A DNA stretch of 63,487 nt, the filler included, from Bigelowiella natans CCMP2755 (Eukaryota > Protista > Cercozoa), in the NCBI GenBank assembly GCA_000320545.1. It is 6 parts of 6 records of this genome, joined end to end, with 100 filler letters (N's around TTAATTAATTAA, not from the genome) between each part and the next. Parts side by side here need not be neighbours in the genome. Positions count along the whole stretch, not along the records: positions 51,382 to 60,459 come from ADNK01002725.1; positions 60,560 to 63,487 come from ADNK01001645.1; 4 more parts are not named here. One strand, given 5' to 3'. Positions 52,114-63,487 of the stretch are shown one piece after another; within the stretch, counting starts at the first letter, position 1, and every line of letters begins with the position of its first letter. The notes beneath the pieces were generated by a model. It was not told where the DNA came from, did not search any database, and saw only the letters and a list, made by a program, of their open reading frames with translations. The translations under genes and the position numbers were made by a program.

Positions 52114-52908
52114 TAGAAAGAGGGGGGGAGCGAGAGAAATTGCCTTAAAAACAATGGCAAATATTCATTAATTTGGAGCTGTTCAGTGATCACTTTTGTT
52201 GCATCATATGGATGATTCCATGGGGGCGGGGGAGGGTTGATTTCTTAAAAAGAATGAACGCATGATAAGTAGAAACACCTTAATGCTTTCCTCCCCGGTG
52301 GCCTTCTCACGCAGCTTTTCGAGCTCTTCCACCGTCTTCAGGTACCGTTGTCGTTCGGCGGCGCCCATGGACGACGCGGTATCCTTCTGCTTCTTGTCCG
52401 GAGAAGGAGGGGCAGCACTCTTTTTCTGGCTATCGATCGCATGCTGGCAGAGCAGGATGTTATGAAGCACTACGGATGGGGGGGAGCGGTTCCTGTAAGC
52501 CCCTCTGCGGCAGAAGAAGGGGCAACGTGTAAGAAACAAATGTGTTTTTCAATGAAGCGCGGGATTACGGGGAAACCGCACGAGGACATGGCTTGGTTTG
52601 ATCACAGGCTATCTTTCAAAAAACGGGGCATGAAATTTGCCTCGGAGCCCCGCTCGGCCGAACACCCGAACGAGAATCGCTCTCGCTCTCGTTGCGAAAG
52701 CAATGTGTTGACCGGGATGGAACTACTGAGGTTGTTTTACGCTATCCGAAGCTCATTGCTTCCTTCCCCCTCCCCACTCAAGATCATCAGTGCCATGTGG
52801 CCATGCGTACCGTAGCTGCTCCAAAGTTTTGAGTGCTTGCGTATATTTCTTCTTGTGATACAACGCCTGTGCCTTAGCTAGGGCCTCATTCGCGCCGAGG
52901 TTCTCCAT
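51450..52908 (-). CDS. CNOT10: CCR4-NOT subunit 10-like TPR protein, N-terminal part; rest in gap
   Basis: MENLGANEALAKAQALYHKKKYTQALKTLEQLR..VVLHNILLCQH..ALLSYNIANAYIHLRQFDK-GLSVVEGVW..ACVAFTTLKLAV, which parallels the CNOT10 segment LYYNQAVILYHLRQY..AVCFLLVDL. Confidence 0.7.
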
Positions 52909-53404
52909 TGGCTCGAGCTGGCCTGGCCGAGGGGGATTCTTAGTGCCTCGATGAATTTCGATTCTACGTCGAGTAAATATCCTTGTCGCCTGTGTTAAAC
53001 TCCATTCATTTTGACCAATATCAGATAAGTTCTTGGGAATAAATAGTAGGTTATTTTATCGTCTTCGAAAAGTCCTAGCTCGATTGGATCGAGAGGCGGC
53101 GAGAGGCGCAAATCGCTCTTTGCGCTGAAACAGCGAAGGAAATTGATCCGAAATATATCCGGAAAATATTTACCAGTCTCTTCGGGCCGGCCGAGGATTT
53201 CCACGGCATCGTCGAAGTATTTCACGTGAAAGAGGATGGTTTTCGTATCACTTCGTTTAAATTTCAAGTCGCATTGTCATTTTATCATGCGTTTTATGAT
53301 TTTTAGGGGGAATGGTGCTGCAGAGATATCTTATATTATTCTGCAGCCTATCCTCTTCGCAGGGACGCGCATAGCACAAACGCCACTCCTCCCCTTCACC
53401 GACA
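52909..53404. promoter_or_regulatory. Probable bidirectional promoter, CNOT10/DDX23 (about 500 bp)
   Basis: Two start codons face away from each other across a short, CpG-containing, microsatellite-free spacer. Function is inferred from position only. Confidence 0.5.
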
Positions 53405-56096
53405 ATGGCCAGATCACGCTCCCGTGAGAGGGAGAGACGTAGAAGGTGGGATTTTTTGAAGCGATTTTTTAAAGAATATTGCTTTTTTCATGAGGGAAAG
53501 AGGGGGGTGGGGGATGCGTAGTCAAAGGCGGCTGCTTTGACGTATAAGGATAGAAATCATGCACAGTAGGTGTTAGCTCGCAATATTTTTCTTACCATGT
53601 TTGAGTGTTAGAATCGCGGATTATGGTATTGATTTTATGAGAAAGATAATTCGCTATTACGAGCAAATTGCCATTATTTCCGCCTCCTTCCCGCCCGCCC
53701 GTCCGCGCTTGTTCTTCTTCTACCCTCCTGTAATTATTTCTCTTCACAGGGATAGGTCGCGGTCGCGCTCCCGCTCCCGCGATCGCCGGCGCCGAAGACG
53801 CGATCGAAGCCGGGACAGAGACAGAAGGAGGCGTCGCAGGAGCGATAGTCGTGAAAATGACCGGGAGCGCGGGCGAGAGCGTGAGCCCGAGCCAGCACAG
53901 GAGTCCTCGGATTCCGAGGACTACATGATGTCATCCGCAGCCATTGCCGCAAAGAGCAGGCGGCCGGCTCGCGAGGCCCGCGAGGACTTCCAGTCTTTCC
54001 AGAAGGCGCTTGCGATGCACAAGTCGGCGAGGGACGAGAACCAGCGTAAGAAGGAGGAACTCGAGAAGGCGCTCAAGAAGCGGAACCGCAGGCCTCCCAT
54101 CTCCATCTCCGATCTTACGAAAATCGCGAAGCAGAAGGCCGAGAAGGCGGATCGCGAAGCCAAGCCCGTCTTCAAGACCAAGAAGCAGAGGCAGCAGGAG
54201 GCCCTGAACAAGCTGAAGTCGAAGAAAAAGGAGGCCGACGAGGTGCGACAAGGCGTGGTGGGCATGGATTGGACGAACCCGGAACGCCGCGGCCGCGTGA
54301 GTGGGGGTCGCAGCGAGGACACTTCATCAGGAGGGCGTCTTGACCGACGGCAGCGAGAGGACGATAAGCTGCTCCAGCAGATCAAAAACCAGTACCTCGG
54401 AGTGAAGAAACCTAAGAAGAAAATCATTCCCCCCTCCCAAAAATTCAAGTTTTCGTTCGATTGGGATGCGCAGGACGACACGAGCATTGACTCCAACCCT
54501 CTCTACAAGAACAAGATGACCGGAGCTCTTCTCTTCGGCCGTGGCTTCATGGCCGGCGTGGATAGGCGTATGCAGCGTAAGCAGATGACCTTCTACGACG
54601 ACCTCGTCGAGCAGCGCGAGCGCGGCGCCGAAGTGAAGGTGATGGACCTTCGCGACCAGGACAAGGTCAAGGAGCGCGAGGCCAAGGAAAAGGCCAAGGC
54701 CAAGATCAAGAAGATGCAAAACCGCCACTGGTCCAAGAAGCAGCTCGACGAGATGTCCCCGAGAGACTGGCGCATCTTCCGGGAGGACTTCAACATCTCC
54801 ACGCGCGGCACGAAGGTGCCCGACCCCATCCGCTTCTGGAAGGAGTCGGGGCTCTCCGACACGCTCCTCAAGACCCTCGATCGCGTCGGCTACGAGAAGC
54901 CGTCGCCAATTCAGCGGTGTGCCATCCCCATCGGCCTCCAGAACCGAGATATGGTGGGCATTGCGCAGACAGGCTCGGGGAAAACAGCCGCGTTTTTGCT
55001 GCCCTTGTTGACGTATATTGATAAGCTGCCTCGGCTTACGCCGCAGCTGGCGCAGGACGGACCCTATGCTGTCGTGCTCGCCCCCTCGCGCGAGCTCGCG
55101 CAGCAGATATCCGGCGAGGCTGATAAGCTTTCTCGCAATCTGAAGATTCGCAATGTGGCCATCGTGGGCGGGCTTTCCATCCAGGACCAAGGATTCTTCA
55201 TCCGCGAGGGAGCGGAGATCTGCATCGCCACCCCCGGCCGCCTCTTCGACTGCATCGAGCGGCGCTACCTGGTGCTGAACCAGTGCAACTACTTCATCCT
55301 GGACGAGGCCGACCGCATGATCGACATGAACTTCGAGCCGCAGATCGTGAAGATCATCGAGGCGATGCCGGCCAGCAACCTGCGCCCCATGGATGAGACC
55401 GCGTGGGACGAGAACAAGGTGTACCGCCAAACCACTATGTTCTCCGCGACCATGCCACTGAAGGTGGAGCTGCTGGCCAAGAAGTACCTCAGGAACCCCA
55501 TCTTCATCTCCATCGGGGACCGGGCGGGGAATGCCGCCAAGACGGTCACGCAGGAGGTCATTTGGAGCACCTCTGAAAACCAGAAGCGCACGCGCATACA
55601 GTCGATCCTGAGCGAGCAGGAGCCGCCCGTCATCGTGTTCTGCAACCAGAAGGGCACATGCGACCAGGTGGCCAAATGGCTCGATTCCATCGGCCATTCC
55701 GCGAGCGTCATCCACGGCTCGAAGGTGCAGGAGCAGCGCATGGAGAACCTCAACTTGTTTAAGGACGGGCTCGTCGATATCCTCGTCGCCACGGACGTCG
55801 TGGGGCGAGGTATTGACATTTCCGGCGTGAAGCTGGTGATCAACTATGACCTGCCCTCCTCCATCCAGCGCTACACCCACCGAATCGGCCGGACGGGGCG
55901 GGCAGGGTTGAAGGGAAAGGCCATCTCCTTCCTCACCCCCCAAGACACGGAGATCATGTTTGACCTCAAGGAGATGCTGGAGAGTGCGAAGCAGATCGTG
56001 CCGCAGGAGCTCGCTCGCCACCCCGACGCCAAGCAGAAGCCCGGGGGGGTCAACCAGAAGAGGAGGAGGGATACGGTTATCTTTGCGAAGCACTAA
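53405..56096 (+). CDS. DDX23: DEAD-box helicase DDX23/Prp28 (U5 snRNP); exon 1 53405-53445, exon 2 53750-56096
   Basis: RS-rich N-terminus; FKFSFDWDAQDDTS; HWSKKQLDEMSPRDWRIFREDFNI; AQTGSGKT, PSRELA, DEAD, SAT, RGID, HRIGRTGRAG. The ORF-track start at 53601 is intronic. Confidence 0.96.
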
Positions 56097-57487
56097 CTTG
56101 GAGGGTGAGGAGGTTGGATGCTAGCGAGCGAGTGAGCTGCAGAAGGGGCCATTGCGGTCGCGAGTATTCGAAGCAAATTACGTACGCGACATCGCTATAC
56201 GTAAGTATATGCGCAGCGTCGTCTCCGTTCAGCGCCCCCCCCCCCCCACCACGCCTTATCATCTTTTTTTTTTTTAAGGCTCAAGAATGCGTCCTTGATA
56301 TGTCTGTCACTGATGATCATTCGTTACAGTCGTTCATTGTTACCATAACGCGATCAAGGCCACAAGCCTGCTGTGTACATATTTGTACATGTGTATCTAG
56401 CTTTTACTGCGCGATGTACGTAGTCACACATATGTGTATGTAAATGCATTTGAACAAGATGGGCGGCATGAATAAGCGCGGCGCATTCTAGCATGCACCC
56501 GCTACGTCGTCGCTGTACGTGAATCCGCAGCTGCGCTTACATATTAATTGCGAATAACTCGCCGCGCTCGCTATAAAGCTAGAAAGTTTTCATGGTATAT
56601 ATATAACCGTGCATGCTAGCATGTACGTAGCGCTGGGTATAATAGACACAGCAATACACTATATATATATTATATATATTGTGTATTGCATGTATATATA
56701 TATTATATATATTGTGTATTGCATGTCTATCATGGGTGATATAATTGTAGATAGCTAAGACTGCTTACTTTCTGCTAGCTTTGACCCTATAATAATGTCG
56801 CGCACGCACATTGCATTGCACCATCTAGCTAGCTAGCTATCTAGCTATGGCTGTCACCTCATTTCGATTTTGTTAGTAGCATCTGCTATTTGCTATGCTA
56901 GTATGCTAACCCATGTCGTGTGCCATCGACGATCTATATTCATCTGCATACACAAACGCTGGCGCTGAAAGTCAGCGAGATCGACGCGCTGTCTCGCCTT
57001 ACGATAGACCTCGATTTGGCTGGCGAATATGAAAGCAGGCTTGATCGAAATGTTACAAGTTTTATTACATGCAAAATATTCTAGCATTGCAGCGTACTAT
57101 AGCGTGGCGCGCATGCTGCACAAGTATTTGGAGCAGGCTAGCGGGTGGAAATAAAGCGATGACTATCGATGCAGTTATGGGCCTGGCAGCATATTGCACA
57201 GCGATATATAACGGTGACCATGCGCCATCCAACAACTGCTCAATTGATTGGTAAGCAGAATTTATTTGAGAGTAACGGTCGTCTTATTCAAATTGAACAT
57301 CGTGATCGATCGTGCAGGATACGAGCATCATTTAAGATGATTATCACGGCACATGTTTCGATCTGCTGTGCACTTGTCGCAGAGACTAAACTACACTTTC
57401 TCATCACTTTTCCAGTAGTTTTTCCCATTCAACACAACCACCCATTCAGCCGCATGTCGGCGTGTAAACAAGCCCGATGTGCGGACA

Positions 57488-59092
<1,605 letters not shown>

Positions 59093-59873
59093 TTGGGTCG
59101 CCGTCGAAGCTCGATCGAGCGGCACCGAAATCGGAGCGCTATTTTAGAAACATGACATCGTGAAATGCGGTTACTCGGCTTAGATTCAAATGGAACTACA
59201 ACACAGTTTCCTCAGCGGAGATTATGATATATTCACAGGGCAAGAATGTCAGCTACCTCATTCTATCTTGATATTCGGACATGGAACAACACGAGCTGGA
59301 GTGGGCTGGTTGTTTCGCTCAGATTCAAGCTGTGTGATCAAAGAAAGCACCCATTATTCTTGGCTCATCAAGTGGAAAGTGTGGACCTCTTAAGTAGAAA
59401 TTATGCCTGAGTCACCATTGTAATTTAGAATAACCTTGCAGGTATGTGGTAAGATGTAGATCTTCTCTGCTGGCTAATGCTCCATTCCTCGTCAGGGGGG
59501 AGAGAGCTGAAACCGTCGAAGAGAGTCAGTTGATTATTTATCGTGTGCGACAAGGATAATTATCAATTTTTACCTTCGGAACGCCTGAGATTCGCAATGA
59601 TTTCTGTGCTTCACCAAAAACAGCATGTTTTTCCATAGTGCGACAACAATTGCTATTCCTTGTTGCAACTGAGAAACTATCTAGTACGTGGATTTAGGAT
59701 AATAAATGTGCGAGAAACATCTTAGAGTAGAACGAGATAGCGTTTCTGTTTTTTTACATGACATTTTCGTATGGAAATTTGCATATTCATTTGTCGCAGT
59801 AGCATAAACCGCAAACCGAATCCTTCTGGCCCCTCTCGGGCCTTGATAAAGCATGGGCGCCTCTCCGTAGAGA

Positions 59874-60326
59874 ATGGGCTCTTGGCTGCTGCTTTACTGT
59901 AGCGTTGCAGCCACATGCCTACCTCCAGGTGAACCGGTCCGTGATGCCCGGTGGTTGTCACGCAGCAAGCGGAGGCTTTTGAGGCTGAGGGCCGGGAGCA
60001 ATGGCGGCGGAGAAGAAGGCAACGTCGAGGGCAAGGGTAAAAACGCAGGTTTGTTTGATGGCATGAATCTACCCGGACAGGCCGCCAAGAGCCAGCGGAG
60101 GAGAGGTCCCGTGTATCACGAGAGCAGTGGCGAAACTCTGTCCGAGATCTTGTTGGACGATGCGGGGTCGGTGGCCTCTGGTGCTTCCTCGACGTATCGA
60201 AAGCTCTCCAGCCAAATGCCTCTCTCTCCGAAAATGCTCCGGTCGCGTGTCGGCACTCCGGCGGAGGTTTCTCCCGTTGATGCTAGTGCATCTGGGAGAC
60301 GTGAAAGACTACGTCGCCATGAGGGG
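59874..60326 (+). CDS. First exon of an unknown protein with signal-like N-terminus and LRLRAG motif
   Basis: ATG at 59874: MGSWLLLYCSVAATCLP..RSKRRLLRLRAGSNGGG..; putative GT donor near 60327 ahead of a microsatellite and the gap. Confidence 0.5.
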
Positions 60327-60357
60327 GTACTCCCTCTATCTCTATCTCTTTCTCCCT

Positions 60358-60413
<56 letters not shown>

Positions 60414-60568
60414 ACTACTTACTCTACTCTACTCTCTACTTCTTCTCTCTCTACTCTCTNNNNNNNNNNNNNNNNNNNNNNNNNNNNNNNNNNNNNNNNN
60501 NNNTTAATTAATTAANNNNNNNNNNNNNNNNNNNNNNNNNNNNNNNNNNNNNNNNNNNNAGACATGGA

Positions 60569-60738
60569 ATCGTGCCTCAAGAGGCGCAGAGTCTCTTCGT
60601 GGGGGGAGAGGGGATATTGCGTTTCTCTCGTGAATAAGTGATGACCTGCGGCGTACACCATTCCTCGCCTTTGGCAATGTACCAAATAATGCTTTTTTCC
60701 CTACATTCACGTGTTATCGAGTTAGTGCAACTCTCTCT

Positions 60739-60783
<45 letters not shown>

Positions 60784-60887
60784 AGATGTGTGCATATCTG
60801 CAGGCTCGCATGTGAAAGTTCCATATGGGTAGTGTGAGAGATGTAGATCATGCTTAGGGCTTGCTGCTCTCCCCGATTTGCAAATAT

Positions 60888-60941
<54 letters not shown>

Positions 60942-61075
60942 GTATATATGTGTGTGTGTGTGTGTGTGTGTATTATTGCAAATCGGGGAGAGCAGTAAGC
61001 TCTAAGCATGATCTACATCTCTCACACAACCCATATGGAACTTTCACATGCAAGCCTGCAGATATGCACACATCT

Positions 61076-61120
<45 letters not shown>

Positions 61121-61289
61121 AGAGAGAGTTGCACTAACTCGATAACACGTGAATGTAGGGAAAAAAGCATTATTTGGTACATTGCCAAAGGCGAGGAATG
61201 GTGTCCGCCGCAGGTCATCACTTATTCACGAGAGAAACGCAATATCCCCTTCCCCCCACGAAGAGACTCTGCGCCTCTTGAGGCACGAT
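60569..61289. repeat. About 720-bp near-perfect palindrome centred on a (CA)n(TA)n(TG)n tract
   Basis: Left arm atcgtgcctcaagaggcgcagagtctc.. is the reverse complement of right arm ..gagactctgcgcctcttgaggcacgat; arms of about 320 bp with roughly 7-8 differences by manual count. Confidence 0.93.
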
Positions 61290-61797
61290 CGATCTTCCTC
61301 GTCCAAATTTAACGCAAGCGCATTTTGGCACCTCGTCAAAGTGTGTGGTGCATCTTGCCTTTGATTGACTGGTTTACGAGGAGGGGTTATTGGGGGGGGT
61401 TCTACCGAATCGTCGTCGTCATCATCCTTGTATGACCGCGCCATTCCCCCGCCGCACGTTATCATCAGACTGGCTGGTATAATCGTACAAAGAGCGAGCC
61501 CCGAATGCGCCTCGTTGTGAAAAGGGCTGCCAACAATAGCGACTCTAGAGTAAGCGAGCAAAGCCATTCCTAACTGACTCGAGCTCACCGGGATTTAACA
61601 AAACTGCTGTGTCATCTCAGGTGCTTTTCGGATATGAATACAAAAGTAAGGATTTTCTGCCTGAATCGATGCTCGTCGGCTTCGAAGACGATAAGAACAA
61701 CGGTGACGGAAAGGGTGGCGCTGGGAGTCGCGACGACCGGAATGAGCGCTACTCTCAAAGTAGAGATCGAAAGACGAATAGCAACAGAGGATTTTAG
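61159..61797 (+). CDS. Last exons of an unknown + strand protein (possibly the same gene as 59874)
   Basis: In-phase exons EKSIIWYIAKGEEWCPPQVITYSREKRNIPFPPRRDSAPLE-TGWYNRTKSEPRMRLVVKRAANNSDSR-VLFGYEYKSKDFLPESMLVGFEDDK..RGF*. Confidence 0.5.
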
Positions 61798-61876
61798 CTT
61801 GAAAGGTCAAATGTGTAGGACTCACAGCGAATGAGGACCATGTGCGGCACATCTGGCACGATTTCACATAGCACGC

Positions 61877-62136
61877 CTGGTCAAAACTGGTCACACTGGC
61901 AGTTTTGAGCCTTAGTGTGACCAGTTTTGAGCCTTTTGGTTCAGCTGCAGGCCGCAAAAATGAGAGTTGGACCTTGAAACCAGGCGCATTGTTGTGTCCA
62001 GCACGCTGAACTGCATGCACATGCCTCGTGAAAATTTCAAAAAAAAAATTGATTGAAACAATTGCAATTTTCCATGAAATTTTGCCCATTTTCGCGACGC
62101 TTGGATGCTGGAAAGTGTGACCGGGTTTTGACCAGG
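61877..62136. mobile_element. MITE-like element (260 bp) with about 22-bp terminal inverted repeats
   Basis: cctggtcaaaactggtcacact (61877) versus agtgtgaccgggttttgaccagg (62114-62136); a third inverted copy at 61914-61930; A/T-run interior. No clear TSD. Confidence 0.45.
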
Positions 62137-62723
62137 TGTACGTGAGTTGACATCGACATGTAGACATCCACAGTCGGTCGTTTCCGACACACCTAGACAC
62201 GCTCGCTGCATTCCATACAGCTGCATGCCAGCATGTGTCTGCGCATGCTGCATTGGCCATCTTCCCAAACTCAAGTCTGGCAGTCCTGTTCGTTGCAATT
62301 GTGTCACATCAGGCATGCTAGCGTGCTGCTCTATACTGCATGCCTAGATGCCTAGATCTGGGGACACGATTTGCACCACATATTATTATTACCCATGCAT
62401 GTTTTGGTTGTGGCGCGCGCATTCTGGCATTGTTTCTGGCATGTCTGATGTGTGCATGTCGCACATCCATCTGACAACTGCAAGCCACATGGACGTTTGT
62501 CTTGCGTACATATGTGGTGCAAAAGCATGCCCATGTCTAGATGTGCGTAGCTGGCAGGCCACTCGGACTGCATGCTCGTCACGTACACATAGCCATGAAT
62601 GATGCAAATGACTATTAGGCGATCTGTTGCCATTGCTAGATTGCATGCAATGATTGAAACCATTACATTTGTCATAGAACGGTCCCAAAATAGAGCTACA
62701 TCTTTAATCTTTTGCATGACTCC

Positions 62724-62879
62724 TCACCATTCGTTTACAAAATGCCCTCTACTTCCTTCCTTGAGCATAGTCTTTCTAATTTCGTTTAAGTCGTTGCTGC
62801 GAATACGAATTCCTACACACACACGCGCAATCAGAAAAAAGACGCCACATGATAATTTACAGTTTGCGGGAGAAACAGC

Positions 62880-62926
<47 letters not shown>

Positions 62927-63487
62927 TATACACACACTACACACACTCCCCCCCCCACCCCGTGATCTCGTCTCAATTGAGCAACCTTCGGCTGCTGCAA
63001 CAAGTGTTTCAGGGTCGATGCTCACTGGAGCTTCCTTCAATGTCTTCAAGATCCCCGCGAACGAAGATGCGAGCAATGGGCGCTGCAAGATCTTAACAAT
63101 GGCAATCGCCGCCTTGTGGACGAATATCTCCCCATGAGTGAAGTACATGTCCCACAAACGCCCTGCGGTGTCCAGCCTCAGGCGACGGCAGAACAAGGTT
63201 ATCAGCCACTCGAGAAGATACATATCGCCCTTTTGGAATGGGAAAACGGAAGAAAAGAGGGAGGCGTGAGGGGGGGGGAGAAAGAGAAGCGGAGCACAGG
63301 ACGGGGGGAGACTCTCAACTCGTAATCCATCACTAAATTGTGTGCTTTTTATGCATATACATGAACGCAATTAGGCAAAAATGCAGACGGCAAACACAAA
63401 CACACACACACACAAAACCACTTAGACATCCTAAAAGAGCAGGGCAATGATAGACGATGAAGCTATGATCTTCGCGCCAACCCCCCC
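62724..63487 (-). CDS. TBC-domain Rab GAP (TBC1D12/14-like), C-terminal exons
   Basis: GDMYLLEWLITLFCRRLRLDTAGRLWDMYFTHGEIFVHKAAIAIVKILQRPLL.. then GIRIRSNDLNEIRK..EW*; matches the TBC C-terminal helices. Confidence 0.85.

Noticed and set aside
54327-56093. 588-aa ORF antisense to DDX23 (also 36211-37179 antisense to PRKDC)
   Set aside because: Shadow ORFs expected from GC-rich third codon positions; no motifs.
56657-56730. About 32-bp tandem duplication tatatatattatatatattgtgtattgcatg
   Set aside because: Two copies of low-complexity AT-rich sequence, consistent with slippage; not a CRISPR-like or structured array.

Overview
Eukaryotic nuclear DNA with many microsatellite-filled introns and five 100-nt scaffold gaps (N44-TTAATTAATTAA-N44). 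Several proteins carry a signal peptide followed by a Ser/Arg-rich leader, which suggests an alga with a secondary plastid; a chlorarachniophyte is my inference, not proven. I can support about 16 host genes: M32 carboxypeptidase, calcineurin-B/CHP-like, PPEF-type phosphatase, cathepsin-L-like protease, two MFS transporters, a membrane EF-hand protein, DNA-PKcs, plant-type MSH1, CNOT10, DDX23/Prp28, CCDC42/CFAP73, a TBC RabGAP and three unknowns. They alternate strand almost strictly. Every visible tail-to-tail junction holds a CATG/TGCA-rich block, and the mobile elements found here (LINE 3' fragment, Gypsy element, MITE candidate) all sit in such blocks. The most striking signal is the Gypsy element. 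A 394-bp LTR is followed by a 55-nt copy of a mature, CCA-bearing tRNA-Glu(UUC), reading about 37 nt past A58. This LTR-PBS points opposite to an intact pol ORF, which reads through the tRNA copy and stops inside the LTR. All family calls come from motifs recognised by eye, no searches were run, and exon boundaries are manual and approximate.
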